Assembly (NCBI GenBank): GCA_947479085.1
Contig: CANJYB010000022.1
Span: forward strand, 3,904-67,903
Length of the DNA: 64,000 nucleotides
Source of the DNA: Bacteroidota bacterium
GTDB taxonomy: Bacteria > Bacteroidota > Bacteroidia > 2-12-FULL-35-15
Direction of reading: 5' to 3'
Both the position numbers and the translations under genes were made by a program. Below are positions 28,623-39,611 of this stretch, one piece after another. Under the pieces are notes generated by a model. The model made no database searches. It was not told where the DNA came from and worked only from the letters and a program-made list of their open reading frames with translations. Within the stretch, counting starts at the first letter, position 1, and every line of letters begins with the position of its first letter.

Positions 28623-29768
28623 TTAAGAAAATTTAGATTTGAGTTTTAAAAATATCATTTCAAAATAATGATAACTCAATAGTGATACCATGCAGGTGGC
28701 AAAAAAAGAAGTAACCGAAATACTAACAAAAGCAAATTTATTCATTCCCGAAAGATTCATCCCTGCGATATGAAGAACGAATAAAACAGAGAAAAAAACA
28801 ATCATGTGGTAACAATACATACCATAAGTGTACTTACCAAGCAGTGAAATTGTTTTAAGCCTACTTATTTTATAAAAGGAATGTTCCGCAAAATTCTGTT
28901 CCATAATTATAAATGCAAAAAATGCAGAGAGCAATACAGGAACCAATGAAGCTAACAACACATAATGCACCCCAAACTTCCAGGTATAAAGGCGAAGTGG
29001 AATGCATCCAAATCCAACTAAATAAATAATAACAATTACATACTTAGGTAGTTTTCTCATTAGACTAATTATTTTTTCTTTTGTTGATAGATGTGCAATA
29101 ATAGCTCCCATGGCAAGGTAGGTAATGCACGATAACGAATGAAATTTCAAAATAATGGCGCTTCCTTCTGAATAAAAATAACGGAACGCAGTTGAACCCA
29201 TAATTATTAAAACAAAACAACTTAATAAATATTTTCTGGGCACAAAGACTATAACAAGTGGCCAAAACAAATAAAACTGTTCCTCTACCGAAACCGACCA
29301 TAGAACCCCAAGAATTACATTGCTTACTCCATTATACACATAATCAAAATTACCGGTAAAAGTTAAATAATACCATGAATTTAATTGTGATGTAGAAATA
29401 TTTAATGGAAAATTCAGGGGAACTTGGTTTATAGCGAAAGGAATAATATACAATCCTAAAACTACTACTAAATAATACAATGGAACTATCCTCAACACGC
29501 GCCTGATGTAAAAATTCGTTATACTTATCTTTCCCGCTGTTTCTTTTTCCTTCAACAATAAATAAGTAATAAGAAAGCCACTTAAAACAAAAAAGAAACT
29601 TACTCCTATATCTCCATTCTTGAGGAAGTTCTCTCTGATGAATTCAAAGTGCTTATCTCTATTATAATATCCCAAGCATACAAATGCATGATTTATAAAA
29701 ACAGCAAAGAAAGCAAAAAACCTTAGCCCATCCAGGTTGGGGAAAAACACATTTGTGGATTCTTTCAT
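28623..29768 (-). CDS. Acyltransferase family 3 (OafA-like)
   Basis: LDGLRF, GVSFFFVLSGFLI, FYIRRVLRI, LWSVSVEEQFY, GKYTYGMY. Confidence 0.92.
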   Translation of the reverse strand: MKESTNVFFPNLDGLRFFAFFAVFINHAFVCLGYYNRDKHFEFIRENFLKNGDIGVSFFFVLSGFLITYLLLKEKETAGKISITNFYIRRVLRIVPLYYLVVVLGLYIIPFAINQVPLNFPLNISTSQLNSWYYLTFTGNFDYVYNGVSNVILGVLWSVSVEEQFYLFWPLVIVFVPRKYLLSCFVLIIMGSTAFRYFYSEGSAIILKFHSLSCITYLAMGAIIAHLSTKEKIISLMRKLPKYVIVIIYLVGFGCIPLRLYTWKFGVHYVLLASLVPVLLSAFFAFIIMEQNFAEHSFYKISRLKTISLLGKYTYGMYCYHMIVFFSVLFVLHIAGMNLSGMNKFAFVSISVTSFFATCMVSLLSYHYFEMIFLKLKSKFS

Positions 29769-29887
29769 TGTTTTAAAAAATAACAGGGCGCAATTTATTA
29801 CTTTTTCCCCTTGGATTGATTTCCATCAGTTGCTCATTTCTATTTTAATCGTAAATTCGCACCTTTCAAAAAAAGAAATACTTAAAA

Positions 29888-30958
29888 ATGGCTAAATTTC
29901 ATTCGTTAAAAGTTAAAGATATTGTTAAAGAAACCGCTGATGCAGTATCGGTAGCATTCGAAGTTCCTGATAATTTAAAATCTGAATATACTTACAAACA
30001 AGGGCAATACCTAACCCTTAAGCTTCCTGTTAATGGTGAGGAATTAAGACGCTCCTACTCTATTTGCAGCAGCCCAACTGCCGAAAACGAATTGCGTGTG
30101 GCTATTAAAAAGGTAAAAGAGGGAAAAGTTTCTACCTATATTAACGATACTCTAAAAGTTGGCGATACCCTGGAAGTAATGACACCGATGGGAACATTTT
30201 TTACAGAAATGAACCCATCCAACAAAAAGAAATACGTTCTTTTTGCTGGTGGTAGTGGTATTACTCCAATGTTTTCCATATTAAAAACGGTATTAAAAGC
30301 CGAACCTCTTAGTTCCATCGTTTTACTTTATGGGAACAATGATGAAGCTTCCATCATATTTCAGAAACAAATAGAAGTACTTGCCTTAGCCAATTCCGAC
30401 AGGTTAAATGTGGTACATGTTTTAAATGCACCTCCGGCCAATCATCCTCCTTTATTACAAGGATTGATGAGTAAGGAAAAAAACATTTCACTTATACAGA
30501 ATTACGTTGAACTTAGCGATTCGAATGAATATTTTATTTGCGGACCAGGGCCGATGATGGAAAATGTGGTGGCTGCTTTGAAAGAACTAAAAATTAGTGA
30601 AAATCAAATTCACATCGAATATTTTACTTCTCCGGTAAATCCAGAAGACATAAAACCGATAGAAAATGAAGTATCGGGTGCCAAAGCTACTATTATAATA
30701 GATGGCGATGAGCATGAGGTGGTGATGGAAGAAAACGAAACAGTGTTGGAAGCGGCACTCCGTATTGGTTTGGATGCCCCTTTTGCATGCCAGGGAGGCT
30801 CCTGCTGCACCTGTCGCGCTTTGCTGGAAGATGGCAAAGTGGAAATGACTGTTAATTATGCACTTTCGGCATCTGAAGTAAAACAGGGATATATACTTAC
30901 CTGTCAAAGCCATCCTACCACTGCTTCGGTAAAGGTAAATTACGATAAGGGGCTGTAA
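29888..30958 (+). CDS. Ferredoxin-NAD(P)+ reductase with C-terminal 2Fe-2S domain (PaaE/PaaK-like)
   Basis: RRSYSI, AGGSGITP, ICGPGPMM, CQGGSCCTC...LTCQ. Confidence 0.9.
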   Translation: MAKFHSLKVKDIVKETADAVSVAFEVPDNLKSEYTYKQGQYLTLKLPVNGEELRRSYSICSSPTAENELRVAIKKVKEGKVSTYINDTLKVGDTLEVMTPMGTFFTEMNPSNKKKYVLFAGGSGITPMFSILKTVLKAEPLSSIVLLYGNNDEASIIFQKQIEVLALANSDRLNVVHVLNAPPANHPPLLQGLMSKEKNISLIQNYVELSDSNEYFICGPGPMMENVVAALKELKISENQIHIEYFTSPVNPEDIKPIENEVSGAKATIIIDGDEHEVVMEENETVLEAALRIGLDAPFACQGGSCCTCRALLEDGKVEMTVNYALSASEVKQGYILTCQSHPTTASVKVNYDKGL

Positions 30959-31326
30959 TTATTTTTATACCAAAACCCTCCATAAAGTTAAAAATGGAGG
31001 CATTAATTACTAAAAATACTCCCAAAAACTGTATTTCTGATTATTCCTTTCCAGAAAACTCATCCAATAACTGGTTCTTCAGTAAAGTTGGTTAACGTAT
31101 TTCTAAAGTCTATTTTTTATTACGCCAATTTTACCACCATTATATATATAGTTAGAATTTTTTCCGGAAAAGTAATTTTCCCAGTACAACCCACTAAACC
31201 TTTAGTTAGCCTAAAATCAATTTCAATACTCAAAAACCCATTTTATCGACCTAAAAATAGAATTATTCATTCTCCAAACTCACTTTTTGACCACAATTTC
31301 CAAAAAAAGGCAACCCATTACTTACA

Positions 31327-31540
31327 TTCTCCCCAGCCTGAAGTCACTTCTCCCCAGCCTGAAATCACTTCTCCCCAGCCTGAAGTCACTTCTCCCCAGC
31401 CTGAAATCACTTCTCCCCTTCCTGAAATCACTTCTCCCCTTCCTGAAATCACTTCTCCCCAGCCTGAAATCACTTCTCCTCATCCTGAAGTCACTTCTCC
31501 CCAGCCTGAAATCACTTCTCCCCTCCCTGAAATCACTTCT
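31327..31540. repeat. 21-bp tandem repeat (TTCTCCCCAGCCTGAAATCAC), about 10 copies
   Basis: Directly visible; variants CAG/CTT/CAT/CTC and AAG/AAA. Confidence 0.95.
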
Positions 31541-31900
31541 TCCTTCTTAAAATTCATATCATTTCCAATACCTGAATCTGTTTATACCGATGTTATTTTC
31601 GGAAACGCCATCCAATCTATTTTATACCAATGTTGTTCTCTGCAATCATATTCTGAATGTAAGTCCAACCATTATCTTTTTAGACAATAATATTCCGAAA
31701 TTTATTTTGCAGCCTCCCGTTTTCTCCAAAAAATGATACAAAGAACGCCCCTCGATAATCAGAAATATCAGCACCTTTAAGCCAAATTTATTTTACCTCG
31801 TTATTTCTTACTTCTATCGACATTGGCAAAAATGATAGTGTTTGAAATGGTAATGTTTATAAATTTGCATCTTCAAAAAAATAAAATTTTAATCTAAACA

Positions 31901-34900
31901 ATGAAAAAAGCGATACTATTTATTTTAGTTGCAATGTTAATGAGCAATTCATTTGCTCAAAAAAACAAACACGATAATGAAGTTACCGTTATCCGATGCA
32001 CTGATTTTCACATCACTCGTCCGCTCCGCGATTTGGTAAAAGAATTTCCGGTGGATGAAAGCAAACTTAAAAAAGGTGAGTCGGAAGACCGTTTTAACCG
32101 TCACCCACAAAAGTTCCGCAAAACCGAAGAAAAAGACGGACCTGCTTATGGCAACGACCCTGCAAGTATTCAGCGTGAAATGGGTTCTACTCCCGGAAAA
32201 GCTCCTATAGCCAACTGGGCAGGGCAAACAGCATCGGGTTTCCGTCCTTTCGATCCTTCGGGAGCAGTAAGTACCACCAATTATATACAGATGATTAATT
32301 CCACCACCTTTAAGGTATATAACAAAACCACAGGTGCGGTAACATTAACGGCTACCTTTGGAACACTATGGGCACCGGCAACACCTAATGACGGAGATCC
32401 GATTGTGCTTTATGATAAAGCAGCTGACCGCTGGTTTTTATCGCAGTTCGGGCAAACCGGTAATAAAATGTATATCGCCATTTCGGCTACCAACGACCCG
32501 TTAGGTTCCTGGTACACTTACACCTATACTTCTCCGCAGTTTCCGGATTATTTAAAATTTTCTGTTTGGCAAGACGGTTATTATATGACCTCTAATCAAA
32601 CGCAGCGTGTATTTGCTTTTGAACGTACTGCTATGTTAGCAGGAAGTGCAGGAGCTCGTGCTTTATCCGTTACATTCTCACCACCACAGGGAACAGGATT
32701 TTTTGTGCCATTACCCGGAGATGCTTCTGACGGAACATTACCACCAACAGGTACTCCTTGTCCGATTTTCTCTTATTCAGATAATGGCTGGGGTGCCGGA
32801 TTTTCGGATGCAATAAATATTTATAAAATGGCTGTAAACTGGGCTCCTGCAACACCTACTGGAACAATAACCTTGGCAGCAAATGTCCCAACTGCTGCTT
32901 TCAACGGCCAGTACAATGCAAGCTGGAACGATGTATCTCAACCGGGAACAACTCAAAAGTTAGATGGAATAGGTGGAACATTGATGTTCAGGGCACAATG
33001 GAAACCATGGAATTCAGGAGGGTATAATACCGTTGTTTTAAGCTGGGGAGTTTATATCAGTGCCACACAGCGAAGCATCAAATGGTGCGAATTACGTCAG
33101 AACCAAACCACCCTCGCCTGGACCATGTACCAGGAAGGGATATATTCACCAACTACTGATTACAGATGGATGAGCAGTATAGCGATGGACAATAATGGAG
33201 GAATAGCTATGGCCTATTTAAAATCCAATGCTACCAGCATCTATCCAAGTTTATGTTATACCGGTCGTATGTCCTGCGACCCGCTTGGTACAATGCCAAT
33301 TGCAGAAATAGTTGCAAAAGCAGGTACCGGTTCACAAACCGGTGTAAATCGTGACGGTGATTATGCACAAACGGTTTTAGACCCTGATGGAGTTACCTTT
33401 TGGCATACCGGTGAATACATGGGAGCTGGAGGAGCAGCAGCCACACAGATATTTTCATTTCAACTACCTACCTGTGGCAATACAGCCTCAGTAATCATTG
33501 CACAAACTTCAGGAACAAATCCTGAGTGTACAGGGGCTTCAGCCACCTTTACAGCTACTCCCACTAACGGAGGAACCACTCCTGTATATCAATGGAAGGT
33601 GAATGGAGTGAATGTGGGAACTAACAGTCCTACCTATACCACCACTGCTTTAACCACCGGTCAGATTGTAACCTGTGTTATGACATCTAACCTGGTCGGA
33701 GTTTTAGGAAGCCCTGCAACTTCCAATGCAATTACTATGTTAGTTAACCCTATTGTTACACCTGCTGTATCCATTGCATTAACTACTGGTACAAATCCAC
33801 AGTGTGCCGGATCATCGGTAACATTTACTGCCACAGCTACTAACGGAGGAACAACTCCTGCTTATCAATGGCAGGTGAATGGAGTGAATGCGGGAACAAA
33901 TAGTGCTACGTTTACAACGACTACTTTAACTGCAGGGCAAATTGTAACCTGTATACTTACTTCCAATGTTGCCTGTGCAACAAGCACTACTGCAACTTCC
34001 AATGCCATCACCATGGGTGTAAATCCAAGTGTGGTTCCATCGGTAGTTATTGCACAAACTACAGGAACCAACCCAACCTGCACCGGTGCTTCTGTAACTT
34101 TTACAGCAACACCTACTAATGGAGGAACACCTTCTTATCAATGGAAGGTAAACGGTGTAAATGCCGGAACCAACAGTGCTACTTTTACAACTACTGCATT
34201 AACCAACGGACAAATTGTAACCTGTGTGATGACTTCAACAGCCGTTTGCGCTGTACCTGCCACTGCAACTTCCAATGCAATAACAATGGTTGTTTCTGCC
34301 AGCCTCTCACCTTCTGTTGCCATAGCTTTAACATCTGGTTCAAACCCGATGTGTACAGGGGCATCGACTACATTTACCGCCACCCCAACCAATGGAGGTG
34401 CTACACCTTCTTATCAATGGAAGGTGAACGGAGTAAATGCTGGAACTAACAGTGCTACATTTACTACTGCAGCATTAACCAACGGACAAATTGTAACCTG
34501 TGTTATGACCACTTCTGTTGCCTGTGCATCTGCTCCTACAGCTACATCCAATGCCATTACGGTGGTTGTAGCAGCCAGTTTTACACCATCTGTTACCATA
34601 GCACAGACTTCAGGTACCAATCCAATTTGTTCAGGAATATCAACCACCTTTACGGCAACACCTACCAACGGAGGCACACCTTCTTATCAGTGGTTGGTGA
34701 GTGGTGTAAACGCAGGTACTAACAGTGCCATATTTACCACCACCACATTAACCAACGGACAAATTGTAACCTGTGTTATGACAAGCAGTTTGAGTTGCGC
34801 CAGTTCAACAACTGCCGCTTCAAATGCGATTACCATGGTGGTTAACCCTAGTGTTACCCCTACCATCACCATTGCAATAACTGCCGGAACCAATCCTAAA

Positions 34901-37600
34901 TGTTCAGGTGCATCTACTACTTATACTGCTACCATTACCAATGGAGGAACAGCAACCTATCAATGGCAACGAAACGGGGCAAATGTGGGAACAAACAGTG
35001 CTGTTTACACCACTACCAACAATACCAACAATGCAGTTATTACCTGTATTTTAACATCCACAGCACCATGTGCTAATCCAACTACAGTTACTTCTAATGC
35101 TATTACCATGATAGTAGCAACAACTCTTGTTCCTTCAGTAACTATTGCACAAACAGCAGGTACCAATCCGATGTGTGCCGGTTCATCCGCTACCTTTACA
35201 GCTACTCCAACCAATGGAGGAACAGCACCTGCATATCAGTGGAAAGTTAACGGGGTAAACGCTGGAACCAATAGTCCTACTTTTACTACTACTACTTTAA
35301 CCAACGGACAAATTGTTACCTGTGTGCTTACATCGAGCCTTACCTGTGCCAATCCAACCACTGCAACATCCAATGGTATTACCATCAGTATTACTGCAAG
35401 TCTTACCCCTTCAGTGGCTATTGCTTTAACATCAGGAACCAACCCGGAATGTACAGGAGCTTCGGCTACATTTACTGCAACTGCAACGAATGGTGGAGTT
35501 ACACCTTCTTATCAATGGCTGGTTAACGGTGTAAATGCCGGTACTAACAGTGCTACATTTACAACAACTACTTTAACTAACGGACAAATTGTAACCTGTG
35601 TAATGACCAGCAGTATTACCTGTGCTTCAACACCTACTGCCACTTCCAATGCCATTACCATGTTAGTAAATACTGCCTCCACTCCTTCCATTGCCATCGC
35701 GTTAACATCCGGAACCAATCCTGAATGTGCAGGTGCTGCGGCTACATTTACAGCCACCATCACCAATGGAGGTACTACACCTTCCTATCAATGGATGGTG
35801 AATGGAGTTAATGCAGGAACCAACAGTTCAACTTTTACATCTGCCACATTAACCAATTCGCAAATAGTTACCTGTATGCTGACTTCTAATGCTGCATGCA
35901 TCAGTACTTCTACAGCAACTTCCAATGCTATTACCATGGTGGTGAATGCAAGCCCTGCAACTCCTGTAGCAAACAGCAACTCCGCAATATGTGCAGGAAA
36001 TGCAATTAACTTATCCACTGCAACTGTTGCTAATGCTACTTACGCATGGTCAGGACCTTCCTTTACTTCGGCTTTGCAAAACCCTGTCATTCTGAATGCT
36101 ACACCTGCAATGTCGGGAACATATTCAGTAACAGAAACAGTTGCCGGTTGTACTTCAGCAGCCGGAACTGTGTCGGTGGTGGTTAATGCAATTCCTGCTG
36201 TAACAAACAGCACTTTTACACAAAGCATTTGTTCAGGAGGCACAGCTGCCATAGTTCCGATTTCAACTGTTGCTAATACCACTTATAGCTGGACAGCCAG
36301 CAGTTCAGGAACTATTACAGGTTTCAGTGCAACAGGTACAGGAAACATCAATGATATTTTAATTAATACAGGAGCTGCAGCAGGAACAGTTATTTACATT
36401 GTTACCCCGACAGGACCTGCCACTACTTTATGCCCGGGAAGTCCTACCACTTTTGTGGTAACTGTAAATCCTTCACCATTGGTAACAGCTACAGATTCTA
36501 CTATCTGTGCTGGACAAACAGCAACTCTTACAGCTAACGGAGCAACCTCTTATACCTGGAGTGCAGGGGCTACTTCATCAGGGGTAAACACCGCAACTGC
36601 AAGTCCAACTAGTACCACTACCTATACCGTAACAGGAACTGCAGCAGGATGTACCGCTACTGCTACCTCTACAGTTACTGTAAATGCTTCTCCTTCCGTT
36701 GCAGTTAATTCCACTTCAATATGTGAGGGACAAACGGTGACCTTAATTGCAAATGGAGCGGCTTCTTATACCTGGAGTGCAGGACCAATTGTTACGGGAA
36801 CCAATACTGCAACTGTAACTCCTGCCACTACTTCCAGCTATACAGTTACAGGTACTTCAGGAGGATGTTCTGCTTCAGCAGTAGCTGTTATCACAGTTAA
36901 TCCTTTACCTGTGGTTACTGTCAATTCTCCTTCCATTTGTGAAGGACAAACAGCTTCACTTCTTGCGAACGGTGCTACTAACTATACCTGGTCGAGCGGA
37001 GTAGTTGTTACCGGTTCCAATTCAGCTTTTGCTTCTCCGGTTCTAACCACCACTTATACAGTTTCGGGAACCACGGCTGGCTGTGCAGGCTCTGCTGTTT
37101 CTACCGTTACTGTTACGGCAGTACCTCCTACTCCAACCATTACAATAAATGGGAATGTACTTACCTCGAGTGCAGCAACAGGAAATCAATGGTACTGGAA
37201 CGGTACAATCCTATCGGGTGCTACCGGTCAAACTTATACTGCTACTCAAAGCGGAAACTATTCCGTTATTGTTGGTATCAATGGATGTTTTTCACCGGCT
37301 TCTGCTGACATGCCTGTAATTGTAACAGGTATTGCTGATGTATCTGTAACTTCTTCTTTCGATATTTATCCGAATCCAAATAACGGAGTGTTTACCGTTA
37401 ATCTGACTCTTATCAAATCTTCTGATATCAGAATAAGAGTTGTAAATGTTCTTGGTCAGGAAATTATCAATAAAAATATTGGTAACAGTGCAGGCGGACA
37501 CTTTGATATGGACCTTTCTTCCAAATCAAGCGGAATTTATTTTGTGGAAGTAAAAGTGAACGGGAACAGCATCGTAAAAAAAGTAAATGTTATAAAATAA
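31901..37600 (+). CDS. Large T9SS-secreted surface protein with ~520-aa N-terminal domain and Cys-containing Ig-like repeats
   Basis: Signal peptide; nine ~92-aa repeats (TNPxC.G..ATFTATxTNGG..YQWxVNGVNAG...VTC); further PKD-like repeats; C-terminal IYPNP...GIYFV...KKVNVIK. Confidence 0.88.
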   Translation: MKKAILFILVAMLMSNSFAQKNKHDNEVTVIRCTDFHITRPLRDLVKEFPVDESKLKKGESEDRFNRHPQKFRKTEEKDGPAYGNDPASIQREMGSTPGKAPIANWAGQTASGFRPFDPSGAVSTTNYIQMINSTTFKVYNKTTGAVTLTATFGTLWAPATPNDGDPIVLYDKAADRWFLSQFGQTGNKMYIAISATNDPLGSWYTYTYTSPQFPDYLKFSVWQDGYYMTSNQTQRVFAFERTAMLAGSAGARALSVTFSPPQGTGFFVPLPGDASDGTLPPTGTPCPIFSYSDNGWGAGFSDAINIYKMAVNWAPATPTGTITLAANVPTAAFNGQYNASWNDVSQPGTTQKLDGIGGTLMFRAQWKPWNSGGYNTVVLSWGVYISATQRSIKWCELRQNQTTLAWTMYQEGIYSPTTDYRWMSSIAMDNNGGIAMAYLKSNATSIYPSLCYTGRMSCDPLGTMPIAEIVAKAGTGSQTGVNRDGDYAQTVLDPDGVTFWHTGEYMGAGGAAATQIFSFQLPTCGNTASVIIAQTSGTNPECTGASATFTATPTNGGTTPVYQWKVNGVNVGTNSPTYTTTALTTGQIVTCVMTSNLVGVLGSPATSNAITMLVNPIVTPAVSIALTTGTNPQCAGSSVTFTATATNGGTTPAYQWQVNGVNAGTNSATFTTTTLTAGQIVTCILTSNVACATSTTATSNAITMGVNPSVVPSVVIAQTTGTNPTCTGASVTFTATPTNGGTPSYQWKVNGVNAGTNSATFTTTALTNGQIVTCVMTSTAVCAVPATATSNAITMVVSASLSPSVAIALTSGSNPMCTGASTTFTATPTNGGATPSYQWKVNGVNAGTNSATFTTAALTNGQIVTCVMTTSVACASAPTATSNAITVVVAASFTPSVTIAQTSGTNPICSGISTTFTATPTNGGTPSYQWLVSGVNAGTNSAIFTTTTLTNGQIVTCVMTSSLSCASSTTAASNAITMVVNPSVTPTITIAITAGTNPKCSGASTTYTATITNGGTATYQWQRNGANVGTNSAVYTTTNNTNNAVITCILTSTAPCANPTTVTSNAITMIVATTLVPSVTIAQTAGTNPMCAGSSATFTATPTNGGTAPAYQWKVNGVNAGTNSPTFTTTTLTNGQIVTCVLTSSLTCANPTTATSNGITISITASLTPSVAIALTSGTNPECTGASATFTATATNGGVTPSYQWLVNGVNAGTNSATFTTTTLTNGQIVTCVMTSSITCASTPTATSNAITMLVNTASTPSIAIALTSGTNPECAGAAATFTATITNGGTTPSYQWMVNGVNAGTNSSTFTSATLTNSQIVTCMLTSNAACISTSTATSNAITMVVNASPATPVANSNSAICAGNAINLSTATVANATYAWSGPSFTSALQNPVILNATPAMSGTYSVTETVAGCTSAAGTVSVVVNAIPAVTNSTFTQSICSGGTAAIVPISTVANTTYSWTASSSGTITGFSATGTGNINDILINTGAAAGTVIYIVTPTGPATTLCPGSPTTFVVTVNPSPLVTATDSTICAGQTATLTANGATSYTWSAGATSSGVNTATASPTSTTTYTVTGTAAGCTATATSTVTVNASPSVAVNSTSICEGQTVTLIANGAASYTWSAGPIVTGTNTATVTPATTSSYTVTGTSGGCSASAVAVITVNPLPVVTVNSPSICEGQTASLLANGATNYTWSSGVVVTGSNSAFASPVLTTTYTVSGTTAGCAGSAVSTVTVTAVPPTPTITINGNVLTSSAATGNQWYWNGTILSGATGQTYTATQSGNYSVIVGINGCFSPASADMPVIVTGIADVSVTSSFDIYPNPNNGVFTVNLTLIKSSDIRIRVVNVLGQEIINKNIGNSAGGHFDMDLSSKSSGIYFVEVKVNGNSIVKKVNVIK

Positions 37601-37626
37601 GAATCATTTAATCTCATTATCAGTAG

Positions 37627-37662
37627 ATAAAAAAGGGACAACAAATGTTGTCCCTTTTTTAT
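37627..37662 (+). terminator. Intrinsic terminator
   Basis: AAAAAAGGGACAACA/TGTTGTCCCTTTTTT. Confidence 0.85.
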
Positions 37663-37746
37663 TTATCAAAATTGACATCTCTACTGTTAATTGTATTTGC
37701 TATAGCAATCTTATTCTATTGAATAGTATTATACATTCATGGGCAC

Positions 37747-37769
37747 AAAAAAGCCCCTTCCGGGGCTTT
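37747..37769 (-). terminator. Intrinsic terminator of the minus-strand OMP gene
   Basis: AAAAAAGCCCC-TTCC-GGGGCTTT. Confidence 0.75.
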
Positions 37770-37793
37770 CCTGGTTTGTATATGCATAAACTA

Positions 37794-38459
37794 TTAATGG
37801 AACTTAAACATGAAACCTAATCCCACGTTTGCACCATCAGCTTTTAATTTAAATTTATAATTGATGATATTATAAACATTAGTATTGTCAGACAAGGTAA
37901 GGTTTGGATAATTATATCCCATGTAGCCCACATTAAAAAACATCCCGAAATGTTTACCAAAATAAATACGTGGTACCAAAGCTATTCCATAATTCAACCC
38001 TCCCCCGGCAACAATACCATTTCTTGTATCAAGTGCAAGGTACTTAATATGCGAATAACCAAACGTAAATTGAACAGGCATATCAAAGTGTACCGTTTTT
38101 ATTAAATGCAATCCAAGAGTTAAATCACCATCCCAACCGTTAACATATGGTTTAGTACCAGTTGCTTTATCCGTTTCTGCATAATATTTCGAATAACCAA
38201 ACCTCCCTCCTATTCCAAGCCAGTTATTAACGGCATACTCTAAATTTAAAGCATACACACCCGAAGCTGCGCCACTGTTTGTATCATGGGCCTCATGGAT
38301 TGATAAATAATCCCATTCCGAATTAATTTTGGTTGCATATACCCCCAATGAGGCACTTGCACTTATAATTACTTTACCTTTAATAAAGGCTTTTTCCTGG
38401 GCTTTTGTTTGCAGCCCCATACATGCTGCTACTACTAATAATAGAATGATTTTTTTCAT
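37794..38459 (-). CDS. Outer-membrane beta-barrel protein
   Basis: Signal peptide, alternating amphipathic strands, C-terminal GLGFMFKFH. Confidence 0.7.
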   Translation of the reverse strand: MKKIILLLVVAACMGLQTKAQEKAFIKGKVIISASASLGVYATKINSEWDYLSIHEAHDTNSGAASGVYALNLEYAVNNWLGIGGRFGYSKYYAETDKATGTKPYVNGWDGDLTLGLHLIKTVHFDMPVQFTFGYSHIKYLALDTRNGIVAGGGLNYGIALVPRIYFGKHFGMFFNVGYMGYNYPNLTLSDNTNVYNIINYKFKLKADGANVGLGFMFKFH

Positions 38460-38651
38460 GGTTACGTTTTTAGTTTGAATTTGGTTATATGTTGTTTACA
38501 GCGATAAAAGTATATTTTTTTTTCAATATCAAAACACAGGTTTGACTTTATTTATCAAAACTCAAGGTTTGCATTGTCAATAAAATTAAATTATTGTAGT
38601 TCTATTTATTTATAGTTTTACGGCTCACATAGCTTATTAACTATTTCGTTT

Positions 38652-39611
38652 ATGAAAATAATTTTTATGGGTACCCCCGAATTTGCAGTGGAATCGCTGG
38701 ATATACTGGTAAAAAACAATTATGATATTGTGGGGGTAATTACGGTGCCCGATAAACCTGCCGGCCGCGGACAACAACTACACCAATCGGCAGTAAAAAA
38801 ATATGCACTCGAAAAAGGCCTTACCATTTTACAACCGGAAAAATTAAAAGACGAAACTTTTTTAAATCAGCTGCGCGAACTGAAAGCCGATTTACAGATA
38901 GTGGTCGCTTTTCGTATGTTGCCCGAAGTGGTCTGGAACATGCCACCCATGGGCACTGTTAACCTTCATGGTTCTTTATTACCTCAATACCGGGGAGCTG
39001 CTCCCATCAACTGGGCTATTATTAATGGTGAAACAGAAACAGGTGTTTCTACCTTTTTTCTGCAGCAGGAAATAGATACAGGTAAAATCATCTTCCGCGA
39101 AAAAACACCCATCAATGAAACAGACGATGCAGAGACCATTCACGACCGGCTGATGCACATAGGTGCTTCACTTATATTAAAGACGGTACAGGCCATCGAA
39201 AAGAACGATTACCCGCAAACGGACCAGTCTATATTAATAGGTGAAAACGAAGAAATAAAAACAGCGCCCAAAATATTTAAGGAAGATTGTGCCATTAACT
39301 TTAACCGTCCGCTCCATCAGGTATATAATTTTATTCGCGGACTTAGCCCCTACCCTGCTGCCCATACCACCTTATGTGCACCCGATGGTAAACAGATTTC
39401 ATTAAAGATTTTCAAATGCACCAAAGAGCCCATGCATATTGACTTTTCGCCCGGATCTATAAGTACCGATTCGAAAACATATTTAAAAATTGCCTGCACC
39501 GATGGATACCTTTCAGTAACCGATTTGCAACTGGCAGGAAAAAAAAGAATGCTGACAGGCGATTTTCTTCGCGGTTTCCCGATGGATACGAACTGGAAAA
39601 CACTTATTTAA
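38652..39611 (+). CDS. fmt: Methionyl-tRNA formyltransferase
   Basis: IFMGTPEFA, PDKPAGRG, NLHGSLLPQYRGAAPINWA. Confidence 0.96.
   Translation: MKIIFMGTPEFAVESLDILVKNNYDIVGVITVPDKPAGRGQQLHQSAVKKYALEKGLTILQPEKLKDETFLNQLRELKADLQIVVAFRMLPEVVWNMPPMGTVNLHGSLLPQYRGAAPINWAIINGETETGVSTFFLQQEIDTGKIIFREKTPINETDDAETIHDRLMHIGASLILKTVQAIEKNDYPQTDQSILIGENEEIKTAPKIFKEDCAINFNRPLHQVYNFIRGLSPYPAAHTTLCAPDGKQISLKIFKCTKEPMHIDFSPGSISTDSKTYLKIACTDGYLSVTDLQLAGKKRMLTGDFLRGFPMDTNWKTLI

Noticed and set aside
29888-30958. Phenylacetate degradation operon
   Set aside because: Only the PaaE-like reductase is present; no paaABCD nearby, so the pathway cannot be assigned
31088-31690. 200-aa and 87-aa ORFs across the 21-bp repeat
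   Set aside because: Weak starts; flanks read like intergenic DNA; frames are open only because the repeat lacks stops
33865-36282. Series of similar minus-strand ORFs
   Set aside because: Antisense shadows of the repeats in the 1899-aa gene
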